From positions 11,421,398-11,485,397 of the forward strand of contig CM082588.2 in NCBI GenBank assembly GCA_040954595.2: a stretch of DNA of 64,000 bases, in the 5' to 3' direction. This document shows, piece after piece, positions 13,556-26,500 of this stretch. The notes beneath the pieces were generated by a model, which saw nothing but the letters and a program-made list of their open reading frames with translations, ran no database searches and was not told where the DNA came from. The position numbers were made by a program, and so were the translations under genes. Numbering within the stretch: position 1 is the stretch's first letter; each line of letters starts with the position of its first letter. Source of the stretch: Balanoglossus misakiensis (Eukaryota > Animalia > Hemichordata).

Positions 13556-14213
13556 TGTAAGTGCAGTCCTCCCTGATTGGATGGCTGTGTGTGCAGGTGC
13601 ACATGCACATAGTGGTTATCCAATATGCAAATTTCCTTTTCACTATAAATTGGCACCTCGCCAGTGTGCAAGTTTTCATTTCATCGTCAGGCCTTCTAGG
13701 CTACATGTTTGTGACCACTGCACTGCATGCTTTTTGAGCCCCTAAAAGCGTCACCATCTGAGGTAAGACTTACCTGTTTTATTTAGCGATACAGAGCGGT
13801 CTTTCAACAGAAGCAGCGACTATCCAGGACGCAGACTACTTCATTTATAAACCATTAATTTTGAGCGATTGAGTAGAATTGATTTGAATTTACTTACCTG
13901 TAAACGCTGTATTTTTGGAATTTGCTTTGTAATTGAGTTTGAACTTCTGTATCGGCATTTTACATTTACCTTTGAATACTTACTTGAATTTATTTCGTCT
14001 ATGTATTTGTTTATACAGAACCGTGTTGTACCCGTGTTATACCAGTGTTATACCAGTATTAGAACCGTGTTATTACGTCGTGCACGGTCTATTTTGTATG
14101 CACCGAACAGTTTGCTCCTCGTAGAGAGTAAAATAAAAGGGGAATTTTTATACAACACGAGTGTCCAGAGTGTGTACTCCAGGGGCCCATGCAAGTAGGA
14201 ATTGGATCCTACA
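13556..14213 (+). repeat. Putative 5' LTR of the BEL/Pao element
   Basis: Starts TGTAA, candidate end CTACA at 14213 shortly before the gag ATG (14280); TATAAA (~13644) and AATAAA (~14132) inside. Right boundary inferred because there is no second LTR to compare. Confidence 0.65.
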
Positions 14214-14279
14214 TAGTTCTCAGATGACGTTGGACTGAAACCTGGTGTAACCGTGTACTAGCAGATACATTAGAAAGTC

Positions 14280-17200
14280 ATGGCAACTGGAAACGACGAG
14301 ATGTTCCACGTTCCAGCAGCACCAGGCCCTGTCTCCATCAAGAGTAGCAGTTCATCAAAAAAAGCTAGCTCAACAAGAGAAGAAAAAGCCGGTAAGCCGA
14401 TTGATTTAGTTCTCAAATTAAGGAGATCAATTATCGCTTACCGCGGCCATATGACACGTATTTACATGGATGTAGAGACCATGTTAATGTCGTCGCCTGA
14501 CTACCAAGCAGTTACCAAAAAGAAAGAAGACTTGGATAGGATTTTTACTTCATATACAAATACTTGTTATGAATATCAGAAACATCTTTCAAGGTCCGAA
14601 CAAGAAAGTGTACGACTTGAACACGAATCTGAAGTTAACAGAAAAGAGTGTCTGGAACAACGCCTGAAGAACTGGATTTCGTCTCATCGAATCACGATAA
14701 CAACTCCGTCACGTGGGTTGGAGCCAGAAGTGCCACCAGCTTCACAAGAGGATGATGTCAACGGTTCAGCGGCTTCCAAAAATTCACGTCACTCTACCAA
14801 GGACCAGGTAAAATCTGTAAAAAAGAAATCACATAGTCAAACGTCTTAGGGAAATGGTAACCGGCAGACAAGTAATATATGTTCTTTATCGAGTTCAAAG
14901 GCAAGTCGAGCTTCAAGAATTGCAAGAAGGAAGATATTGGAAACCCAGCTTGAACTTGAAAAGATACAGCAAGAAGAAGAAGCCAAAGCCAAGCTTCGTG
15001 ATCTGCGACTTCGAGAAGAAGAAATAAAGATGCAGTCAACATTGAAGATTCTAGACGTTCAACAGAAGTTAAAACAGGCTGAAATGGAGGCTGAATTAGC
15101 AGAAGAGGGAACTTCGTTTCATTCCAAAGAATATTTTGTTGATACAAGTGAAGCAAGGATGACCAGTCCAAGTGAGAAGATTGACAGGTATTTCCAGTCT
15201 TTTCAAGATTATCACCCCCATGTATTGTCGAGTGGTCCCCCAGTAGAAGTTTCCCAGTTCAACACAACAACAACTTTGCTTAAAGAGAGACCGCTGTCCG
15301 AAAATGTGAAACAGTTGGAGGGCAATGTGGCAGCATTAAATCCGAATGCACCAGAATGGCAGCCCGTGGACCACAATATTGGGGAACAACTTTATAGAAA
15401 TGAACCAAGTCCATTGCGGGATGGGCAACACGAAATCCTACAGAGTATGATAAGACAACAGAGTGAAGCCAGGCAAGCACTTGTAACTAGTTTGAATTTG
15501 CCGAAGCGGGAATTCCTATCGTTTAATGGTGACCCAGTAGTGTACCCCACGTTCACCAGAAATTTTGAGATAAACATTGTAAAAGGAACAACCGATGATG
15601 GCACTAGATTGGCTTATCTCATCCAATACTGCACTGGACCAGCCAAAGAAGCAATCAAGAACTGTGTGATTCTACCTCCAGAACAAGGTTACACTGAAGC
15701 AAGGAAAATATTATACCAGAATTTCGGCCAGAAACACACGATCGTCCATGCAACCATAGACAAAGTCGTCAAGGGACCACAGATCAAGGCCACGGACACA
15801 TCAAAGTTGCTACAGTTGGCACGTGACATGAATAATTGTCATATGTGTTCCAGCCAAATGAAATACACCGCTGATCTGAACTCCATGGATACATTGGAGA
15901 AGATAGTGAGACGCCTACCTACATTTCTACAAGCAGATTGGGCAAAAGAAGCTGGAAGAATGATTTACTCCGGTATTGAACCAGAATTCATCCATCTGAC
16001 AGCGTTTTTGGAGAAGCGAGCAGCCTTGGCCAATACAAGATTCGGGATGTTGGTTGGATCAAAACCAGAACCAGAGAGAGACGTAAAGTCCAGGGTCAAA
16101 CAATTCACCAAGGCTACTACTTTGACCACACAAGTAAGTCATGAAATGTACGGCAAGACGCAAGACAAACCCTACTGCCAATCCAAGAGAGAAATTAGAT
16201 GTCTTTTCTGCCAAGGACAACACCAACTGCAGAGATGCCGGAAGTTTGCCAGGAAGTCGTTCATGGAGAAGAAAACGTTTGTGCGAAAACAGAACCTCTG
16301 TGATTGTTGTCTGGAAGCAACCCCTCGACACTTCGCTAAAAACTGCAAAAGTGGATTGTTTTGTCCAGTAACTGACTGTGGAAGACTTCACCACCCATTA
16401 CTACACCCAGTATCGTCACATCCTAGCCAGTCGTCAAATGAAGTGTATCCCAGTGGAAGTGGTAGACCAGCTCCACCCACAACACGTCTTGGGAAGAATA
16501 AAGACGAGAAAAGTGACGGGAATTCTGAAGTAACCAATGGGGCCGGTAACACCGTTCATTGTAAAGCAACCAGGACAAACAAGCCACGTATCAGCCTACA
16601 AGTTGTACCAGTCCGAGTAAGTGGAGTGGAGGGAGGAGCAGAGATTGAAACTTATGCATTCCTGGACAATGGTTCAGACACAACAATATGTCTCTCATCA
16701 CTAGCAGACAGACTTGGTTTGGGTGGACAACCCATTACATATACACTTTCCACACTCGATGCTGAAACGAAGAAGTATGGACGTGAAGTTAAATTAGATG
16801 TACGAGGTCTACATAGAAATCAAAGTGTTCATCTTGATAAGGTATGGACGACGGACAAACTTCCCTAACGGCAAACAGTATACCAACAGCAGAGGATACG
16901 AAGGAATGGTCTCATCTGAAGGATGTTGAATTACCAGAATTGCAGAACAAGGAAGTCACAATCCTGATCGGTAACGACATTCCAGAAGCACACTGGGTCC
17001 TGGAGGAAAGACGTGCCGGGAGAAAACAACCATACGCAATCCGAACATTACTTGGATGGACGTTGATTGGGCCGATGAAAGGAAAGAAAGAAACCAACTC
17101 ATCAATCAACTTTATCAATATGGACCAGATCATCGACAGTGATACTTCTATCAAAGGTATGGAGTCCATTTCATCACAATTGGAAAGGATGTACAATGCC

Positions 17201-20200
17201 GACTTCAACGAAAATCTAGTGGATACTAAAGAATGCATGTCATTAGAAGACCGAAGGGCAAAGGCGATAAAGGATCGATCTGTCCGTCTACAAAATGGCC
17301 ACTATCAGTTGAAGCTACCTTGGAAATTTGAAGAACCAGCCTTACCAAATAACAGGCATGTAGCTGAGAAACGACTCAACCTACTCAAAAGACGTCTACT
17401 TAAAGATCCAGATCTCCATGAAAAGTACAGTACAACTATACAAGACTATATTGTACAAGGTCATGCAAAAGAAGTATCTGATGAAAACAAAGAAGACGAT
17501 AGATGGTTATGGTACCTACCTCATCATCCGGTGACGCATCCCATGAAACCAGAAAAGGTGAGAGTCGTCTTCGATTGTGCTGCCAAATGTGGAGGAACTT
17601 CACTGAACGATCAACTCCTGCAGGGTCCGGATTTGACCAATTCCTTGGTTGGAGTCTTGCTACGGTTCCGTCAGTATCCTGTTGCAGTGGTTGCTGATAT
17701 CAAGCAAATGTTTCACCAAGTTCATGTCGACCCCTAACGGTGACCTCACGAAGGAGCCCGTCGATCATCAAATGCTTGTTCATTTGTTTGGCGCGACATC
17801 ATCACCTAGTTGTTCAGCATACGCCCTCCGGAGAACAGCTGATGACAATAGAAGTAACTTCGACTCGGACATCATAGATGCTGTCTACAGAAATTTCTAC
17901 GTGGATGATTTCTTAAAATCAGTACTTGCCGTGGACACAGCCAAGAGACTCATCACTGAAGTTTCAGCTCTTTTGTCTAATGGTGGATTTCATCTGACCA
18001 AATGGATTTCTAATTGCACAGAAGTATTGTCCTCCATCCCGTCAGAAGAAAGGGCGCCATCTGTGATGAATTTAGACCTGGAAGACTTACCAGTTGACAG
18101 AGCTCTTGGTGTACAATGGGACATTCAAGAAGATACTATGAGCTTCAGAGTTGGCAAGGAAAGTAAAAGTGAAACTCGAAGAGGGATTCTCTCAGTTGTA
18201 GCATCTGTGTACGACCCACTAGGATTTGTTGCACCATTTGTATTGCCGGCTAAGCGCATATTACAAGAATTATGCAAAGAAGGATGTGGATGGGATGAAG
18301 CCATACCAGTGAAATATCTAGTTGTTTGGCGTGAATGGTTACAGAAGTTACCGATGTTAAAAGCCATGGTAATTCCACGGTGTTACACACCTCCAGGTTT
18401 TGGCCAGCCACAATCTATAGAAATTCATCATTTCTGCGATGCTTCAACGGAAGGATATGGGGTTGTTTCCTACCTACGGTTTATTGACAAAGGTGGTAAC
18501 TTTCACTGCAGCCTCGTGACTGGCAAATCTAGAGTTGCTCCACTGAAGACCATTACAGTACCAAGATTGGAATTGACAGCAGCAACAGTGGCCGTTAAAG
18601 TCAGCAAACAGATAAAACAAGAACTTCAATTTCCTATCCATCGAGAGCGATTCTGGACAGACTCTACCATTGTTATACAATATATCTGCAGCTCAACAAG
18701 ACGCTTCAAGACCTTTGTAGCCAACCGCCTACAACTAATACACGATGCAACACTACCGTCACAATGGCATCATGTTCCTTCACAACTCAATCCAGCTGAT
18801 TGTGCCTCCCGAGGTATTACCTTGAATGCCGCCAAAGCGAAGTCCAAACTGTGGTTCGAAGGTCCAGAATTTCTCTGAAAATCTGAAGGAAACTGGCCAA
18901 CCCAACCTACCGACTTACCAAGAATATCGGATGAGGACAACGAATTGAAAATGGCAAAGGTATGCGCAGTGGTAAACAGCAACCAGACAGATGACACTGA
19001 TATCATCCATTCGTTAATTCACAGATTTTCGTCATGGTACAAACTTTGCAAATCTGTCGCTTGGATTTTACGATACAAGAAGTATCTCCGAGCTCGCATT
19101 GAGAATGGCGGAAATGGTAAAGTTCCGGTTGGTGCTCTAACGGTGTCAGAAGTGTCCGATGCTACCTTAGAAGTCATTAGAGTCGTTCAACGGAAAGCGT
19201 TTCCTAAGGAAATATCAACACAGTTGAAGAATCCAAGCAGAAAACCAGATTCTGAAGGATATACCAGTCCACTTTGCAGACTCAGTCCAATCTACAAAGA
19301 TGGCATTATACACGTTGGTGGAATACTAAACAACTCCCTCATAGATGAAACCACAAAACATCCTATTATTCTACCCCATAATCATCAAGTGACCGAATTA
19401 ATTGTTCAGTTTTTCCATGAGCAGGAAGGTCACGTAGGAACCACCCATGTGTTATCCAGAATCCGAAAAGAATATTGGATTTTGAGAGGCCAAGCTACTG
19501 TCAGAAGAATTCTGCGGAAATGTGTAGTGTGCAGGAGATGGAATGCAAGACCTGGAACGCAAATAATGGCGCCACTTCCAACCCCAAGAGTTACTCCAGG
19601 TGAGAGTGCATTTGCTGCAGTGGGAATCGACTTCTTTGGTCCTCTGAAAGTCAAGTGGAGAAGAGGAACGTCCAAACGATACGGATGTATATTCACCTGT
19701 CTCGCCATACGAGCTGTGCATATTGAAGTCACCCACAGTTTATCCACAGATTCATTTATTCAGGCAGTATGGAGATTTGTCAGCAGACGTGGTCCACCAA
19801 AAACGGTATACAGTGACAACGGAACAAATTTCCGGGGAGCGGAAACTGAAATCAAAGAAGCTCTAGCGAGTTGGAATCAAGAGAAGATAACTGATAGTCT
19901 ACGCAAGAGGGATATCCAATGGTATTTCAATGCACCCGCAGCCAGTCATACTGGAGGAGTTTGGGAAAGGATGATACGTTCAGTGCGGAAAATCCTACGA
20001 GCACTCGTTGGAAACCAACTAATTGACGACGAAACTTTACTTACTGTCTTGGCGGAGGTGGAGAAGATTATCAATGATCGACCTTTCACCCGTCAATCAG
20101 ATGACCCGAATGACCTTGAAGCACTGACGCCTAATAGCCTGTTACTACTGAGGCCGAATCCATGCACATATCCTGCAGACACTGTCACGACCAGTACAGC

Positions 20201-20516
20201 TAATCACAGAAGGAACCAAGCTAATCTCATAGCGAACTCGTTTTGGAAACGATGGCTACACGAATACCTGCCTTCCCTTCAGCAGAGACAGAAGTGGTTG
20301 AAGCCCAAGAGAAATCTGACTGTTGGAGATTTGGTTATCGTGGTAGAGGAAAATATCCCAAGAGGACAGTGGTCAAAAGGACTAGTTCAGCAAACTTACC
20401 CAGATCAGTACGGCAATGTGCGCCAGGTCCTAGTGAAGACTGAAACAGGAAGATTGCGTAGAGATGTTCGCAAACTGTGCTTGCTTGAGGAAAGTAGTAC
20501 ACGTATTACACCATAA
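14280..20516 (+). pseudogene. BEL/Pao gag-pol polyprotein with four lesions
   Basis: Gag Cys/His knuckles (CLFCQGQHQLQRC, CDCC..H..NC, C..C..HHPLLH), protease FLDNGS, RT YLPHHPV/KVRVVFD/FYVDD, RNase H FCDAS/IPRLEL-like/NPAD, integrase HHCC, IDFFGP, SDNGTNF, GVWERMIRSV. Lesions: in-frame TAG at 14847, frameshift ~16863, deletion plus frameshift ~17735 (the conserved RFLW segment is absent), in-frame TGA at 18876. Confidence 0.93.
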
Positions 20517-23500
20517 TTAATTGGTAATAGCATATCTGGAATTCGTAATTTAAATCACGCCGTAGGAAATCTGACTTGATCAACGTGGTCAATGTACGCC
20601 TGTTTCTGCTCTAGAGTGCCGGGGCTTCAGCTGAGCCAGGCCGTAGGAAACCCGACGTGATTACCGTTGTTAACTTACGCCAGTCTGTGTCCTATATATA
20701 GTGCCGGGGCATCAGCCGTGCCAGGCCGAAGGAAATGTGAATAGATCAACGTAGTCTCTGTACGCGTGTTTCTGCTCTAGAGTGCCAGGGCTTTAGCCAA
20801 GCCATGCCGTAGGAAATCTGACTTGATCAACGTTGCTAACGAACGCTAGTGTCTGTCATGGTGTTCCGGGGTTTTAGTCGAGCCAGGCCGTAGGAAATCT
20901 GACTTGATCATCGTGGTCAATGTACGCGTGTTTCCGCTCTAAAGTGCCGGGGCTTCAGCTAAACCAGGCCGTAGGAAATCTGACTTGATCACCGTTGCTA
21001 ACGTACGCTAGTGTCTGTCATATTGTGACGGAGATTTAGCCGAGCCAGGCCGTAGAAAAATCGACTTGTTCAACGTTACCAGTGTGCAACTGTTTCTGCT
21101 CTAGAGTAACTGGGTTTTAGCCGACTTATGCTGTAGGAAATGTGAGTTGATGAACGGGAATTCAATGTTAGAAAACCCGTGTGGAAAGTATCTCTACCCG
21201 TTTGAAACTAAGAAAAGAATTTATTCTTATTTATTTTGTAAAAAAGACAATTTTTCGAAAAAAAGTCGAAAATGGTAATTTTGTCTTGGGTGATTCAAAT
21301 TATACCGCCTTTTCTGGAATTTGCAGCACTTTTTACAAGAGAACGACACTTCATGCTCCATAATATTTCCGAAAATGAAGAAAAGAGTTAATTTTTTATT
21401 TTTTTAAAAATTTACCATTTTTTCAAAATATGGCCAAAATGGCTATTTTTTCTTCAATTCCGTCAATATCTCTGCATTTTTGGAGAGGTCGAAAGTTTTA
21501 ACATACAATCAACATGTCATATATGATCAGGGCACCAAATTCGAAGAACAAAGGTTTTTTATTTTTTTCTAAAAATGACATTTTCAAGAAAAATTTGGTA
21601 AAACGCAATTTTGTCTGCAGTGAGCCAAATTGGCCGTTTTTTTTGTGGAATTTGTATCGATATATATATATACGAAGAGCATTCTATACTCCATCAGATT
21701 TCCGAAAATGTAGAAAACAGGTATTTTTTGTATTATTCAAAAATTTACCATTTTGACCAAATTGTGGCTAAAATTGTTATTTTCGTGTTGAATGCCGCCA
21801 GTGTCACTGCTTTTAAAAGTCATAAAAACTTTTAACATACAAGCAATTGTTTATATATGATCAGGTCACCGAATTAAAAAAATAAAGAATGTTTTCCCTA
21901 AAAATGACCTTTTTGGTGCAAAAACGAATAAAACGCAATTTTGTATTAAATCAGCTCATTCAGAGTGCATTTTTTATAATCAGCACAATTTTTACATATA
22001 ATGGAAATTTCATACATCATCAGATATCCAAATATGAAAAAATTATTTAGATTTTAGATGATTGTCCAAAATTAGCTGATATCTAATAAATGAATAAATG
22101 TAGTATTGAACCGTTCTGTCCCCCCCCCCCCCTACATTATATGCGGTACGCCGATGTCAGCTTACCCGGCAGTACTGAAGGCCGTGCCCCCAACTAACGT
22201 CGGTGTTTGAAACGCCCTGGTTAAATTCGGGCTCTCTCTATAAATTGACAGGCAATAATGCAGTCCTACCCGAACAAATGTCGAGTGTTGACCCGCTGTG
22301 ACTTTCCCTCTTCGGTTTGCCCGACTTAGCCATCGTCTTTGTACTAGAGTGTCGGGTCTTTTGCAGAGCCAGGCCGAAAGAAATCCGACTTGATCACCGT
22401 TGCTAACGAACGCTAGTATCTGTCATGGTGTGCCGGGGTTTTAGTCGAGCCAGGCCGTAGGAGATCTGACTTGATCATCGTGGTCAATGTACGCGTGTTT
22501 CCGCTCTAAAGTGCCGGGGCTTCAGCTAAACTAGGCCGTAGGAAATCCGACGTAATCACCGTTGATAACTTACGCCAGTCTGTGTCATATAGAGCCGGTG
22601 CACCAGCCGAGTCACGCCGTAGGAAATCTTACTTGATCAACGTGGTCAATGTACGCATGTTTCTGCTCTAGAGTGCCGGGGCTTCAGCTGAGCCATGCCG
22701 TAGGAAACCCGACGTGATTACCGTAGAAAAATCGACTTATTCAACGTTACCAGTGTGCAACTGTTTCTGCTATAGTGTCAGGGTTTTAGCCGACTTATGC
22801 TGTAGGAAATCTGAGTTGATGAACGGGAATTCAATGTTAGAAAACCCGTGTGGAAAGTATCTCTACCCGTTTGAAACTAAGAAAAGAATTTATTCTTATT
22901 TATTATGTAAAAAAGACAATTTTTCGAAAAAGTCGAAAATGGTAATTTTGTCTTGGGTGATTCAAATTATACCGCCTTTTCTGGAATTTGCAGCACTTTT
23001 TACAAGAGAACGACACTTCGTGCTCCAAAATATTTCCGAAAATGAAGAAAAGAGTTAATTTTTTATGATTTTTTAAAAATTTACCATTTTTGTCAAAATA
23101 TGGCCAAAATGACTATTTTTTCTTGAATTCTTCCGTCAATATCTCTGCATTTTTGGAGTGGTCGAAAGTTTTAACATACAATCAATATGTCATATATGAT
23201 CAGGGCACCAAATTCGAAGAACAAAGGTTTTTTTATTTTTTTTTCTAAAAATGACATTTTCAAGGAAAATTTGGTAAAACGCAATTTTGTCTGCAGTGAG
23301 CCAAATTAGACGGTCTTTTGTGGAATTTGTATCGATATATACATACATACGAAGAGCATTCTATACTCCATCAGATTTCCGAAAATGTAGAAAACAGGTA
23401 TTTTTTGTAATTTTGAAAATTTTTCCATTTTGACCAAATTGTGGCTAAAATTGTTATTTAGGTGTTGAATGCCGCCAGTGTCACTGCTTTTAAAAGTCAT

Positions 23501-26500
23501 AAAAACTTTTAACATACAAGCAATTGTTTATATATGATCTGGTCACCGAATTAAAAAAATTGAGAATGTTTTGCCTAAAAATGACCTTTTTGGTGCAAAA
23601 ACGAATAAAACGCAATTTTGTATTAAATCAGAGTGCATTTTTTATAATCAGCACCATTTTCACATATATAATGGAAATTTCATACATCATCAGATATCCA
23701 AATATGAAAAAAATGATTTAGATGATTGTCCAAAATTAGCTGATATCTAATAAATGTAGTATTGAACCGTTCTGTTTCCCCCCCCCCCCTACATTATATG
23801 CGGTACGCCGATGTCAGCTTACCCGGCAGTACTGCAGGCCGTGCCCCCAACTAACGTCGGTGTTTGAAACGCCCTGGTTAACTTCGGGCTTTCTCTATAA
23901 ATTGACAGGCAATAATGCAGTCCTACCCGAACAAATGTCGAGTGTTGACCCGCTGTGACTTTCCCTCTTCGGTTTGCCCGACGTAGATAACGTCTTTGTA
24001 CTAGAGTGTCGGGTCTTTTGCAGAGCCAGGCCGAAGGAAATCCGACTTGATCACCGTTGCTAACGAACGCTAGTGTCTGTCATGGTGTGTTGGGGTTTTA
24101 GTCGAGCCAGGCCGTAGGAGATCTGACTTGATCATCGTGGTCAATGTACGCGTGTTTCCGCTCTAAAGTGCCGGGGCTTCAGCTAAACCAGGCCGTAGGA
24201 AATCCGACGTAATCACCGTTGATAACTTACGCCAGTCTGTGTCATATAGAGCCGGTGCACCAGCCGAGTCACGCCGTAGGAAATCTGACTTGATCAACGT
24301 GGTCAATGTACGCCTGTTTCTGCTCTAGAGTGCCGGGGCTTCAGCTGAGCCAGGCCGTAGGAAACCCGACGTGATTACCGTTGTTAACTTACGCCAGTCT
24401 GTGTCCTATATATAGTGCCGGGGCATCAACCGTGCCAGGCCGAAGGAAATGTGAGTAGATCAACGTGGTCTCTGTACGCGTGTTTCTGCTCTAGAGTGCC
24501 AGGGCTTTAGCCAAGCCATGCCGTAGGAAATTTGACTTGATCAACGTTGCTAACGAACGCTAGTGTTTGCCATAGTGTGCCGGGGTTTTAGTCGAGCCAA
24601 GCCGTAGGAGATCAGACTTGATCAACGTGGTCTCTGTACGCGTGTTTCTGCTCTAGAGTGCCGGGGCTTTATCCAAGCCATGCCGTAGAAAATCTGACTT
24701 GATCACCAATGCTAACGTACGCTAGTGTCTGTCATATTGTGACGGAGATTTAGCCGAGCCAGGCCGTAGAAAAATCGACTTGTTCAACGTTACCAGTGTG
24801 CAACTGTTTCTGCTCTAGAGCGTCAGGGTTTTAGCCAACTTATGCTGTAGGAAATCTGAGTTGATGAACGGGAATTCAATGTTAGAAAACCCGTGTGGAA
24901 AGTATCTCTACCCGTTTGAAACTAAGAAAAGAATTTATTCTTATTTATTTTGTAAAAAAGACAATTTTTCGAAAAAAAGTCGAAAATGGTAATTTTGTCT
25001 TGGGTGATTCAAATTATACCGCCTTTTCTGGAATTTTCAGCACTTTTTACAAGAGAACGACACTTCATGCTCCATAATATTTCCGAAAATGAAGAAAAGA
25101 GTTAATTTTTTATGATTTTTTAAAAATTTACCATTTTTGACAAAATATGGCCAAAATGGCTATTTTTTCTTGAATTCCGTCAATATCTCTGCATTTTTGG
25201 AGTGGTCGAAAGTTTTAACATACAATTAACATATCATATATGATCAGGGCACCAAATTCGAAGAACAAAGGTTTTTTTATTATTTTTTCTAAAAATCACA
25301 TTTTCAAGCAAAATTTGATGACATGCAATTTTGTCTGCAGTGAGCCAAATTAGACTGTCTTTTGTGGAATTTGTATCGATATATTCATACGAAGAGCATT
25401 CTATACCCCATCAGATTTCCGAAAATGTAGAAAACAGGTATTTTTTGTAATTTTCAAAAATTTACCATTTTGACCAAATTGTGGCTAAAGTTGTTATTTT
25501 CGTGTTGAATGCCGCCAGTGTCACTGCTTTTAAAAGTCATAAAAACTTTTAACATACAAGCAATTGTTTATATATGATCAGGTCACCGAATTAAAAAAAT
25601 AAAGAATGTTTTGCCTAAAAATGACCTTTTTGGTGCAAAAACGAATAAAACGCAATTTTGTATTAAATCAGCTCATTCAGAGTGCATTTTTTAGAATCAG
25701 CACCATTTTTACATCATCAGATATCAAAATATGAAAAAATGATTTAGATTTTAGATGATTGTCCAAAATTAGCTAATATCTAATAAATGTAGTATTGAAC
25801 CGTTCTGTTCCCCCCCCCCCTACATTATATGCGGTACGCTGATGTCAGCTTACCCGGCAGTACTGCAGGCCGTGCCCCCAACTAACGTCGGTGTTTGAAA
25901 CGCCCTGGTTAAATTCGGGCTTTCTCTATAAATTGACAGGCAATAATACAGTCCTACCCGAACAAATGTCGAGTGTTGACCCGCTGTGACTTTCCCTCTT
26001 CGGTTTGCCCGACTTAGCCAACGTCTTTGTACTAGAGTGTCGGTTCTTTTGCAGAGCCAGGCCGAAGGAAATCCGACTTGATCACCGTTGCTAACGAACG
26101 CTAGTGTCTGTCATGGTGTGCCGTGGTTTTAGTCGAGCCAGGCCGTAGGAGATCTGACTTGATCATCGTGGTCAATGTACGCGTGTTTCCGCTCTAAAGC
26201 GCCGGTGCTTCAGCTAAACCAGGCCGTAGGAAATCTGACGTAATCACCGCTGATAACTTACGCCAGTCTGTGTCATATAGAGCCGGTGCACCAGCCGAGT
26301 CACGCCGTAGGAAATCTGACTTGATCAACGTGGTCAATGTACGCCTGTTTCTGCTCTAGAGTGCCGGGGCTTCAGCTGAGCCAGGCCGTAGGAAACCCGA
26401 CGTGATTACCGTTGTTAACTTACGCCAGTCTGTGTCCTATATATAGTGCCGGGGCATCAGCCGTGCCAGGCCGAAGGAAATGTGAGTAGATCAACGTGGT

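Larger units (their letters stand above)
13556..20554 (+). mobile_element. BEL/Pao LTR retrotransposon, degenerate, 3' LTR missing
   Basis: Satellite breaks at ...AGAGCCGG|TGTAAG and resumes at TCACGCCGTAGG (20555); gag-PR-RT-RH-IN order with BEL-type motifs; no second LTR or polypurine tract after the integrase stop. Confidence 0.95.

Noticed and set aside
13869-14198. 109-aa ORF upstream of BEL gag
   Set aside because: Lies within the putative LTR, TTG start, no motifs.
14847-16870. Programmed readthrough or frameshift in the BEL polyprotein
   Set aside because: BEL/Pao elements usually have one ORF, the breaks are not at a gag/pol boundary, and other clear lesions show the copy is decayed.
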